DNA of 64,000 nucleotides from an uncultured Alteromonadaceae bacterium (GTDB taxonomy: Bacteria; Pseudomonadota; Gammaproteobacteria; Pseudomonadales; Halieaceae). The stretch lies in contig CAZTJR010000005.1 of the NCBI GenBank assembly GCA_964613795.1, positions 35,656 through 99,655 on the forward strand. Direction: 5' to 3'. Position numbers and translations under genes: made by a program. Positions within the stretch are counted from its first letter, which is position 1. The number at the start of each line of letters is the position of its first letter. Shown here piece after piece: positions 18,950 to 26,947 of this stretch. The notes under the pieces were generated by a model that saw nothing but the letters and a program-made list of their open reading frames with translations, had not been told where the DNA came from and did no database searches.

Positions 18950-19007
18950 GCGGCCATTTGTGGCCGCTGTCGCCAATTACCGCCATAATTGGCAAACACA
19001 TTTGCCA
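18950..19007. promoter_or_regulatory. three adjacent or overlapping palindromes; candidate enhancer (UAS) sites for the FisR-like activator
   Basis: GCGGCCA-TTTG-TGGCCGC (18950-18967). GCCAATTA-N6-TAATTGGC (18972-18993). TGGCAAA-CACA-TTTGCCA (18990-19007). All contain TGGC/GCCA half-sites and lie ~95-160 bp upstream of the -24 element. Confidence 0.4.
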
Positions 19008-19018
19008 GAAATGACACG

Positions 19019-20368
19019 ATGAACCTGATCGCCAGTGATATTAATCCGACCTATGCCCGAATGCTCGACGGCTATGAGAGCCCGGCGATTCTGGTGAGTC
19101 GCAACTATGAAATCCTGGCGACCAATGATCTTTACCGCGAAACCTTCGGACTGCCCGACAGCACCGACGTCCTGCCGCGATGTTACGCAGTTTCCCACGG
19201 CTACGACCGGCCCTGCGATGAGGCGGGCGAGACCTGCCCACTGAGCGCCGCCTCCGCGTCGGGCAAGCGGGAGCGGGTGCTGCATATCCACAATACCCCG
19301 CAGGGGCGAGAGCATGTCGATGTCGAAATGCTCCCCATCGCGGATGAGACAGGAAAACCCGCGTTTTTCATTGAACTGCTGCGGCCACTGCCCACGGCAG
19401 GCGAACAGGCGGCCAGCCAGGACATGACCGGTCAATCCCCGGCCTTCAATGCCATGCTTGCCCTGATCTCGCGAGTTGCACGCTCGGACGTCGCCGTGCT
19501 GCTCGCCGGCGAATCCGGGGCAGGGAAGGAGCTTGCCGCGCACACGCTGCATCGCAACAGCCTGCGTCATAGGGCACAGATGGTTACGCTGGAGTGCGCT
19601 GGCCTGACAGAAACCCTGTTTGAAAGCGAGCTATTCGGGCATGTTCGCGGCGCCTTCACTGGCGCCAACTACCATAAGGCAGGGCTGGTTGAGGCCGCCA
19701 ACGGCGGCACTCTTTTCCTGGACGAGATCGGAGACGTCCCTCTGCCACTGCAGGTGAAGCTGCTCCGCCTAATAGAAACAGGCACCTATCGACAGGTGGG
19801 GAGCACCGAAGTGCGTCACGCGGATTTTCGTCTGGTCTGCGCCACCCACAAGGACCTCGAGGGCATGGTTGCGGAGGGCCGCTTTCGCCAGGACCTGTAC
19901 TACCGCATCAATGTTTTTCCGGTACGGGTGCCGGCGTTGCGTGAGCGACCTGACGATATACCCGTGCTGGCCAACGCGTTTCTGAGGACGACCGGGCAGG
20001 GTGTCGGCATGCACTTCACCGAGTCGGCCATTCAGCGCTTGCGCAGCTATGCCTATCCGGGAAACATCCGGGAACTGCGCAATATCGTTATCCGCTGCTC
20101 CATCATCGGTAACTCCAACGTCATCGACAGCGGTGTAGTAGAGCGGGCCATTAGCGGACAGGTACTGCAAAACGACAGCGGCACAGCAGCTGCGATATCG
20201 CCGCAACAGACGTCGGCAACGGGAAATAGTGTAAAGACACTCCGGCAGGTGGAAAGCCAGCATCTCAATTTTCTGATGCGGCATTTTGCCGGGGACAAAA
20301 ACGCCGTGGCACGGGCAGCGGGGATCAGCGTGAGAAGTCTTTACCGCCGACTGACGGCCAGCGAGTAG
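19019..20368 (+). CDS. sigma54-dependent Fis-family transcriptional activator (FisR-like sulfide/polysulfide-responsive bEBP)
   Basis: The track ORF starts at TTG 18989; ATG 19019 is more likely. The N-terminal sensory domain has C55/C66/C73. AAA+ core has Walker A GESGAGKE, the GAFTGA motif ([12 protein letters not shown]) and an ESELFGH block. C-terminal Fis-type HTH. Confidence 0.85.
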   Translation: MNLIASDINPTYARMLDGYESPAILVSRNYEILATNDLYRETFGLPDSTDVLPRCYAVSHGYDRPCDEAGETCPLSAASASGKRERVLHIHNTPQGREHVDVEMLPIADETGKPAFFIELLRPLPTAGEQAASQDMTGQSPAFNAMLALISRVARSDVAVLLAGESGAGKELAAHTLHRNSLRHRAQMVTLECAGLTETLFESELFGHVRGAFTGANYHKAGLVEAANGGTLFLDEIGDVPLPLQVKLLRLIETGTYRQVGSTEVRHADFRLVCATHKDLEGMVAEGRFRQDLYYRINVFPVRVPALRERPDDIPVLANAFLRTTGQGVGMHFTESAIQRLRSYAYPGNIRELRNIVIRCSIIGNSNVIDSGVVERAISGQVLQNDSGTAAAISPQQTSATGNSVKTLRQVESQHLNFLMRHFAGDKNAVARAAGISVRSLYRRLTASE

Positions 20369-20391
20369 CTGATGCGTCACTCGCAGACAAC

Positions 20392-20411
20392 TATTTAACA
20401 TATTATATTTA
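20392..20411. repeat. AT-rich inverted repeat, left arm (partner 20813-20832)
   Basis: tatttaacatattatattta versus the reverse complement of the right arm, tatttaacataatatatatt. The first 11 nt are identical; 17 of 20 match by hand alignment. Confidence 0.4.
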
Positions 20412-20433
20412 TTGACTGCGCATTATGGAGGCG

Positions 20434-20466
20434 TGCCGCAGCCTGACTAAAAGACAGGCTGCGGCA
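20434..20466 (+). terminator. stem-loop 66 nt downstream of the regulator gene (possible intrinsic terminator)
   Basis: TGCCGCAGCCTG-actaaaaga-CAGGCTGCGGCA: a 12-bp perfect stem followed by TAATTCTAT. The tail is only moderately U-rich. Confidence 0.45.
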
Positions 20467-20812
20467 TAATTCTATAAAGCACTTCATTTATTGCTCCTAT
20501 TTATCTGTTTTATAACATTTTTATGGCTTATCCAGCGCTTACTGGCTGACTCATCACGGTCAGCTCTGAAGACCCTAGCGCGCCACATCGGGAAAACGCC
20601 AGGCGTCAACGCAAAGCGGAAGACTTGCCCGGGCGCATCGCGATTGCGTGAGATGCCGCGTGTGCATTGAGCGACCTGACGAAAAACACACCCGTCACGC
20701 ACAAGTGCTCCCGATGAATACCGCTCCGGGTCAGATATAGCGCATTGACTGCAGAGTGAGCCGGCAGATCCACTAGCCGGCCTGATCAGCCGTCTTATCC
20801 ACAACTGCGTAT

Positions 20813-20832
20813 AATATATATTATGTTAAATA
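20813..20832. repeat. AT-rich inverted repeat, right arm (partner 20392-20411)
   Basis: aatatatattatgttaaata. It overlaps a TATAAT hexamer at 20810-20815. Confidence 0.4.
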
Positions 20833-21004
20833 ACACATTTATCACAGAAGTATCCACAGCCTTGTATGTCAGTATGGCCAGACACCTGAACTCCCCTTTC
20901 AGAGCTCTCGCAATGCACAGTCGCAGCACGCCCGAACCGAAAGCCGCAGCACAGGTAGAGCACGTATACTGTGCGCCCCTTATCGCCAGGACGCTTGAAG
21001 CAAC

Positions 21005-21838
21005 ATGCCCACTTTTCCCGCAGGCAACGCCGGCAATGCACTGAGCCGGATTGAGCAGAGCTACCTGTTCCAGGGCTCGGTCATTTTCATCATCGTGCTA
21101 TCGGCGATCACCATCGGCGCAAAGACCTACGAGCTACCGCCACTCGCCGACAGGCTGCTTCCCTATCTCGACAACGCGATTACCGTTTTCTTTCTGACCG
21201 AAATCACTCTGCGTTTCCTGGCCTGCGACAATAAACGTCGCTTCTTCGCCGATGGCTGGAATATCTTTGACACACTGGTGGTGATCGGCAGCCTGATCCC
21301 GCTGGAAAATGCAGATGCTGTGCTTATCGGCCGCCTGCTGAGAGTCTTCCGGGTACTGCGCCTGGTCTCTGTGGTCCCTGAGCTACGTTCACTGATCAAC
21401 GCGCTGCTCAAGTCGATTCCGCGCATGGGCCATATTGCACTGTTGATGTTCATCATCTTCTATATTTATGGAGCAGTCGGCTCGATGTTCTTCGCACGTA
21501 TCAACGAAACCTTGTGGGGGGATGTTGCCATCTCAATGCTGACTCTGTTCAGAGTCGCAACTTTTGAGGACTGGACAGACGTCATGTACGAGACCATGGC
21601 AACATTTCCGCTGAGCTGGATTTACTACATCACGTTTATCTTCCTCACGGCCTTTGTCTTTCTGAACATGATGGTCGGCACAATTCTGGACGTCATGACT
21701 CGAGAGTTTCATCGCGACAGCGAAGACCAGGCGCATCGGGAGCGCGAGGAGATGGTGACCCGGCTCAATGTAATGGAGCGGCAGATCGGTGAAATCAGGG
21801 AGCATCTGATCGGAAAAGATAGCAGCGACCGGGATTGA
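21005..21838 (+). CDS. voltage-gated ion channel, single-domain bacterial NaChBac/BacNav type
   Basis: 277 aa. S4 has Arg at every third position (GRLLRVFRVLRLV). Pore/filter TLFRVATFEDWTDVMY (filter codons 21560-21580). The charged C-terminal tail (HREREEMVTRLNVMERQIGEIREHL) resembles a coiled coil. Confidence 0.85.
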   Translation: MPTFPAGNAGNALSRIEQSYLFQGSVIFIIVLSAITIGAKTYELPPLADRLLPYLDNAITVFFLTEITLRFLACDNKRRFFADGWNIFDTLVVIGSLIPLENADAVLIGRLLRVFRVLRLVSVVPELRSLINALLKSIPRMGHIALLMFIIFYIYGAVGSMFFARINETLWGDVAISMLTLFRVATFEDWTDVMYETMATFPLSWIYYITFIFLTAFVFLNMMVGTILDVMTREFHRDSEDQAHREREEMVTRLNVMERQIGEIREHLIGKDSSDRD

Positions 21839-21903
21839 CCCCGGTAGCACACTTTCAGTTATCCTCGACATCAAATAATACCAAGCAGCCGGAGAAGCGC
21901 ACC

Positions 21904-22161
21904 ATGACCATTGACCCGGAAATGACTCACGAAATGTCGCTACTGCTGAAATTTGATCCCGATAGCATGCAGCACGGATTGAAGATTCACAGCGATGCCT
22001 CACCGTCCATCGTTGCCGCAGCGCAGCGGCTGTATGCCAAGGGGCTGATCGACCAGCCGGACGGCGGCTTCCTGACGTCGCTGGGGCATCAGGCCACGGA
22101 ACACGCACGTGCCCTGCACCAGATACTGGACAGCGCACCCGACACCCGGAATGAAGGATAA
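21904..22161 (+). CDS. small conserved hypothetical protein (TIGR02647-like)
   Basis: 85 aa from ATG 21904; the track ORF starts at 21835. MSLLLKFDPDSMQHGLKIHSDASPSIVAAAQRLYAKGLIDQPDGGFLTSLG matches my memory of the TIGR02647 family. The family name is recalled, not searched. Confidence 0.6.
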   Translation: MTIDPEMTHEMSLLLKFDPDSMQHGLKIHSDASPSIVAAAQRLYAKGLIDQPDGGFLTSLGHQATEHARALHQILDSAPDTRNEG

Positions 22162-22165
22162 GTCC

Positions 22166-24163
22166 ATGCGAAACCCCTGCCTTAGTCTCTTTGTCATCGG
22201 TTTACTGAGTGCCTGCGGTGGCGAAGCCCCCACTACTGGCATTAACTCTCTCGCTGACGGGGACGGCAGCCAGCCTGGGGACGCCAGCGAATCGACACGC
22301 AATGCGAACGCCGCCGTGGCTGATCTGCTCCCGCTTGACGACCCGCAGGATGCTGAAGATGCACGACGCGGGTTCCTCGGAACGATTGATCGCGGGCGCA
22401 TCACCGGTAGTGACGGGCAGCTGGCCTGGTCATTCGAGAATTATGCCTGGCAGGAAGCCGCAGAGGAGGCACCGGCAACGGTCAACCCCAGCCTGTGGCG
22501 TCAGGCGCGCCTCAACAACATCCACGGCCTGTTTGAAGTCCAGAAAGGCATTTATCAGGTCAGGGGGTTAGATCTTGCCAACATGACCGTCATTGAGGGC
22601 GAGACGGGCTGGATTGTGATCGATCCCCTCACAGTCGAAGAAACCAGCCGCGCTGCCCTCGCCCTGGTCAATGATACGCTCGGACAGCGACCCGTCAGCG
22701 CAGTGCTGTTCACCCATAGCCACATCGATCATTTCGGCGGCATCCGCGGGGTACTGTCAGCCGAGGAACAGGAACGGCGCGATGTATCCATCATTGCACC
22801 AGAGGACTTCCTGCGCGAATCCGTATCGGAGAATGTTGTCGCGGGCAGTGTCATGATGCGCCGGGCAGTCTACATGTACGGTATGAACCTGCCTCGCAAT
22901 GCCACCGGCCACGTTGACACAGGGCTTGGCAAACAGCCGGCCGATGGCACGGCCTCCATTACACAGCCCACCGTGACAATCGATGACAACACCGGTGCGT
23001 TGGAGATTGACGGCGTCGCCTTTGAATTCATGCACACGCCAGGCGCCGAGGCACCGGCGGAATTCATGTTCTACCTGCCCGAGCATAGGGCCTTGTGCGG
23101 CGCAGAGATCCTGTCACGCAACTTTCATAATCTCTATACCCTTCGAGGCGCGAAAGTGCGCGATGCGCTCAAATGGTCGGGCTATATCGACCATGCGCTG
23201 GTTCGCTTCGGGGACCGGGTCGACACAATTTTCAACTCCCACCACTGGCCAGTGTTCGGTAACGGTGCCGTGGATGACTACCTGAAAAAACAGCGCGATA
23301 TTTACAAGTACACCCACGATCAGACTATGCGGCTTGCCTCACGCGGTCTGACACCGAACGAAATCGCCGACACCATTGCCCTGCCCCCTTCATTGCGCGA
23401 AAACTTTGCCACGCGCGGCTACTACGGCACGCTGAAGCACAATGCCAAGGCGGTCTACCAGTTTTACTTCGGCTGGTACGACGGCAACCCGGTGAACCTT
23501 GATCCCCTGCCGCCGGAGTCCCAAAGTCGTCGCTACGTCGAGGCCATGGGCGGTGTCGACGCCGTGCTGGATAAGTCACGAACTGCGTATCGCGAGGGCG
23601 CGTTCCAGTGGTCCGCTCGCCTCGCACACCACGTTGTATTCGCCGATCCGGACAATACGCAGGGCCGAATCATGCTGGCCCGCGCCTATGACCAGCTCGG
23701 ATATCTTGCCGAGAGCGGCCCGTGGCGCGACGTCTATCTGAGCGGCGCACACGAATTGCGCAATGGCATCACGCCGATGTCGGGACTCGCCGGCAACGCC
23801 GGTCTGATCGGCGCCATCCCTATTGATCTTTTTCTCACGGCGATGGCGACCAACCTGAATCCGGATGAAGCTGGCGATAAGGTCATTACGGTCAATCTCC
23901 GGGTGCCTGATAAGGATGCCGAGTTCACGCTATTGCTGGAAAACGCGGTCATGAACTTTCGCGAGGGCCTTGCGGATAACGCGGATGTCACGCTGAACAT
24001 CAGCCACCCCATGCTGCTCAAGGTGCTTGGCGGTGGCGCAAAGGTTACCGACCTGGTGGGTAACGAGGGCGTCTCAGTGGAGGGCAGCCGTATCCGGTTG
24101 GGACAGTTCTTTGCCAGCTTTGACAGGGTGGAGAATCCCGCTTTCCCGCTCACCACGCCCTGA
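22166..24163 (+). CDS. alkyl/aryl-sulfatase, MBL-fold SdsA1/BDS1 type (lipoprotein)
   Basis: Start ATG 22166 gives MRNPCLSLFVIGLLSAC (lipobox LSAC). MBL motif THSHIDHFGG. Long dimerisation region and SCP2-like C-terminus, typical of the family. Confidence 0.85.
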   Translation: MRNPCLSLFVIGLLSACGGEAPTTGINSLADGDGSQPGDASESTRNANAAVADLLPLDDPQDAEDARRGFLGTIDRGRITGSDGQLAWSFENYAWQEAAEEAPATVNPSLWRQARLNNIHGLFEVQKGIYQVRGLDLANMTVIEGETGWIVIDPLTVEETSRAALALVNDTLGQRPVSAVLFTHSHIDHFGGIRGVLSAEEQERRDVSIIAPEDFLRESVSENVVAGSVMMRRAVYMYGMNLPRNATGHVDTGLGKQPADGTASITQPTVTIDDNTGALEIDGVAFEFMHTPGAEAPAEFMFYLPEHRALCGAEILSRNFHNLYTLRGAKVRDALKWSGYIDHALVRFGDRVDTIFNSHHWPVFGNGAVDDYLKKQRDIYKYTHDQTMRLASRGLTPNEIADTIALPPSLRENFATRGYYGTLKHNAKAVYQFYFGWYDGNPVNLDPLPPESQSRRYVEAMGGVDAVLDKSRTAYREGAFQWSARLAHHVVFADPDNTQGRIMLARAYDQLGYLAESGPWRDVYLSGAHELRNGITPMSGLAGNAGLIGAIPIDLFLTAMATNLNPDEAGDKVITVNLRVPDKDAEFTLLLENAVMNFREGLADNADVTLNISHPMLLKVLGGGAKVTDLVGNEGVSVEGSRIRLGQFFASFDRVENPAFPLTTP

Positions 24164-24210
24164 ATTAAGCCAACCAGCGCCGTCCATGCGCAGGCTGCCA
24201 GATGTACTTG

Positions 24211-24402
24211 TCAGTCTGCCGGATCTTCCTGTGCCGTCTGCATGCTGGACGCGCGCCCTAAAGACTCTGCAGAGGTCGGCTGTTGCAGATCTGACTGCGC
24301 TACGGGGACGCCGCCAACAGCGCCCTGACAATTGGCGCCCAGACTCAGGGTCACGACCAGGCCTACAGACACCAGCGCCCTGATTACTTCATCGGGATCC
24401 AT
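24211..24402 (-). CDS. possible small secreted protein (63 aa), unknown function
   Basis: ATG 24402 is preceded by GGAGG with 5-nt spacing. The product MDPDEVIRALVSVGLVVTLSLGANCQGA... has one hydrophobic helix. No homology recognised. Confidence 0.35.
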   Translation of the reverse strand: MDPDEVIRALVSVGLVVTLSLGANCQGAVGGVPVAQSDLQQPTSAESLGRASSMQTAQEDPAD

Positions 24403-24564
24403 ACATACCTCCGGAAATCGTATTGCGTGGCGCTGTCGAAAAACGGCCACTCACACGCGGCGTCCTGTCGTTTGACGCAAGGCCGCGACTGAGACCCACA
24501 GCAACGCTGTTCTTAGGGGCAAGACGTCCCAGCATGCACGATTATTCCGTCCCGCTGTGTGCGT

Positions 24565-24606
24565 TGGCACGCATAGTGTGGCACGCATAGTGTGGCACGC
24601 ATGCTG
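24565..24606. repeat. 14-bp direct tandem repeat x3
   Basis: tggcacgcatagtg / tggcacgcatagtg / tggcacgcatgctg, contiguous. Located in the divergent intergenic region ~100 nt upstream of the riboswitch. Confidence 0.8.
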
Positions 24607-24702
24607 CTGCGCAGGCAGCGATCGGCGCGAGGTCAATCATCAACACAATTTCAAGAAAGCGGCTTGTCTGGGTTTTGTGCATCCGGTACTCTGCGGACCT
24701 GC

Positions 24703-24895
24703 TTGACGGGTGAACCTGCATCCCTGCGATGTCGGGTTAAACGGGAAGACGGTGCGCTGCATGTCAGCAATGCCGTCACTGCCCCCGCAACGGTAAATGA
24801 GGACGCCGATCACAATGCCACTGCGCCAACAGCGTGGGAAGGCGGTCGGCACGGCAGTGACATGCCTCTCATGAGTCCGGATACCGGCCCGCCAT
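24703..24895 (+). promoter_or_regulatory. cobalamin (B12) riboswitch
   Basis: Conserved core elements appear in the canonical order: GGTTAAACGGGAAGACGGTG, CTGCCCCCGCAACGGTAA, GCCACTG, GGGAAGGCGG, and the B12 box AGTCCGGATACCGGCC. It lies directly upstream of a TonB-dependent receptor gene. Boundaries are approximate. Confidence 0.8.
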
Positions 24896-24956
24896 TCATT
24901 CACTGTTCAGTTGCGGCGGGCGACTGGCGGGGGTTCCTGTGAACTCTTGCTGTATC

Positions 24957-25000
24957 TCTCCGCAGAACCACTATGCAGAAGCGGGGGATTCTGCGGGAGA
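24957..25000 (+). promoter_or_regulatory. hairpin sequestering the btuB Shine-Dalgarno (candidate riboswitch expression platform)
   Basis: TCTCCGCAGAA (24957-24967) pairs with TTCTGCGGGAGA (24989-25000), with one bulge. The 3' arm contains GGGAGA, 5 nt before ATG 25006. Confidence 0.5.
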
Positions 25001-25005
25001 TAGTC

Positions 25006-26937
25006 ATGAAGATCCGTATTTCGGCAGCGTTTGCCGCCTCCGTTCTTGCAACACCCTCTTTCGCCCAGACCTCGTCAGCCGCTGACAGCGCCATCGAGCA
25101 GGTCCTTGTGACGGCGTCTCGTGTTCCCGTCGAGCTCAAACATGTCGGCAGTGCCACATCTGTTTTCACTCGCGCGGACATCGAGCGACGCCAGACACGC
25201 TATGTCACTGACCTGCTGCGCACGGTACCCGGCTTCGCCGTGTCGCGCAGCGGCGGGCCGGGATCGCAGACCCAGGTCCGAGTCCGCGGCGCCGAGGCCA
25301 ATCATGTGCTTGTACTGATCGATGGCGTACGCGCCAATGACCCGGCCACCAGCGACGAATTCCCCTGGGAGCATCTCGCAACCGGAGCGGTTGAACGTAT
25401 CGAAATTGTGCGCGGTGCCCAGAGCGCGCTCTGGGGCAGCGAGGCAATTGCCGCCGTCGTCAACATAACGACGCGCGGCGGCAGCCGGGCCGCTAGCAGC
25501 GCCAGTACATACCTCGAGGGAGGCAGCAACAGCACGCGTAACATCGGCGCCAATGGCGTGCTGTCCCGAGGCGCGTGGACCGTTGACGCCAACGCTGAAC
25601 GACTGGACACGGATGGCGAAAACATCTCCCGCGTCGGCACAGGACGCGATGGCGCGGAACTGACATCAGGGCATATTGGCCTGCGCTACGCGGATAACAG
25701 CGCCATAGGCTTCCAGGCCAGCCTGCGAGGGACCGATTCAACGTCAGCCTTTGATCCCACCGACTTCGCCACGGGACTGCCTGGGGATGCAGACCGCTTT
25801 ACCGAAAGCGGAAACATCATCGCGCAAGTGGCGGCGACCCTCGAAACCCACGACGGTAGCGTCAACTGGCAGGCCCGCACAGCATTCTTTGACTCCGAGC
25901 ACCGCAACTTTGCCGATGGCAACGAGGATTCATCCACCGCATCATCGCGATACACCACCACGCTGCAATCCGATATCGCGCTGTCCGATGAGCGCGCGCT
26001 GACGCTCGCGCTGGAGCGCGAGGAGACGGATTTCAGCCAGCGCGGTATCGTCTCCTTCGGCGACCCCAACCAGGATCGCTCGCTGACGATGCAGAGCGCG
26101 ATGGCAGAATATCGGCACACGGAAGACAGCGGCCTGTCCTGGATGCTGAGCGGCCGTTACGATCATTACAGTGACTTCGGCAACGCACTCACCGGCCGGC
26201 TATCGCTCGCCTATGCGCTGACCGACAGCACCCGTCTGCGCGGCAATATCGGCACCGGACAGAAAACGCCGACCTTCATCGAGCGCTTCGGCTTCTTTGC
26301 TGATCAGTTTGTCGGTAACCCCAATCTCGATCCCGAGCAGTCTGTGTCTTTTGATATCGGCATTGACCAGACACTTGCCGATGGCGCACTGCGACTAGAG
26401 GCAACGCTGTATCGGCAGGAACTGCAGGACGAGATCAACGGCTTTGTCTTTCTCCCGGGCACGTCCCTGGCAACGGCGCAGAATCTTGACAACAGCAGCG
26501 AGCGCCAGGGCATTGAGCTGGCGGCCGACTGGCGGATCAGCCAGCAGATCAGCGCAGCCGCCTCCTATACTTATACCGATGCCACCGAAGAGAACAGCAG
26601 TGGACTCAGCGTCGTGGAGCTGCGCCGACCAGAACACGTCGGAAGCCTGTCATTGAACATGGCATCGCGGGACGACCGACTCCGCGCAACGCTGGTTGCA
26701 GACTACGGTGGCACCCGATTCGACCGGTTTTTTCCGCCCTTTCCACTGCCGGCTGAGACCCTGAAGCTGGACAACTACTGGCTGGTGGAGCTGACCGCGC
26801 ACTATCAGCTAACGCCGAACGTGACGCTGTACGCACGGGGCACCAACCTGCTCGACGCCGACTATGAGAACGTGGTGGGCTACGGAACCTGGGGACGCGC
26901 CGGCTTCGTCGGCGTCAAGACCGACTTTGGCTGGTGA
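25006..26937 (+). CDS. btuB: TonB-dependent outer-membrane receptor, probable vitamin B12 transporter
   Basis: Start ATG 25006 gives the signal peptide MKIRISAAFAASVLATPSFAQ. TonB box EQVLVTASR, plug and barrel, terminal aromatic residue (...KTDFGW). The B12 assignment rests on the upstream riboswitch. Confidence 0.8.
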   Translation: MKIRISAAFAASVLATPSFAQTSSAADSAIEQVLVTASRVPVELKHVGSATSVFTRADIERRQTRYVTDLLRTVPGFAVSRSGGPGSQTQVRVRGAEANHVLVLIDGVRANDPATSDEFPWEHLATGAVERIEIVRGAQSALWGSEAIAAVVNITTRGGSRAASSASTYLEGGSNSTRNIGANGVLSRGAWTVDANAERLDTDGENISRVGTGRDGAELTSGHIGLRYADNSAIGFQASLRGTDSTSAFDPTDFATGLPGDADRFTESGNIIAQVAATLETHDGSVNWQARTAFFDSEHRNFADGNEDSSTASSRYTTTLQSDIALSDERALTLALEREETDFSQRGIVSFGDPNQDRSLTMQSAMAEYRHTEDSGLSWMLSGRYDHYSDFGNALTGRLSLAYALTDSTRLRGNIGTGQKTPTFIERFGFFADQFVGNPNLDPEQSVSFDIGIDQTLADGALRLEATLYRQELQDEINGFVFLPGTSLATAQNLDNSSERQGIELAADWRISQQISAAASYTYTDATEENSSGLSVVELRRPEHVGSLSLNMASRDDRLRATLVADYGGTRFDRFFPPFPLPAETLKLDNYWLVELTAHYQLTPNVTLYARGTNLLDADYENVVGYGTWGRAGFVGVKTDFGW

Positions 26938-26947
26938 GGAGAGCAGC

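Noticed and set aside
18300-19022. 240-aa plus-strand ORF crossing the pdo 5' region and the intergenic region
   Set aside because: Antisense to the persulfide dioxygenase gene and running through the sigma54 promoter and palindromes. No SD or motifs.
20591-20625. Partial resemblance to a c-di-GMP-I (GEMM-I) riboswitch core (GGAAAACGCC...ACGCAAAGCGG)
   Set aside because: Only the ACGCAAAGC nonamer and a loose GGNAAAC match. I could not build the flanking P1/P2 helices or the tetraloop-receptor. It lies ~400 nt from the next start codon, with a TATAAT hexamer in between. A cmsearch with RF01051 would settle it.
20484-20804. 106-aa minus-strand ORF inside the orphan spacer
   Set aside because: No SD. 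Arg/Ser/Cys-rich product with no recognisable fold or TM segment. Treated as non-coding, but the region is flagged as a finding.
24593-24611. sigma54-like TGGCAC-N5-CTGCT at the third tandem-repeat unit
   Set aside because: The -12 element lacks the TTGC core (CTGC instead), and TGGCAC recurs simply because it is part of the repeat unit. Not called as a promoter.
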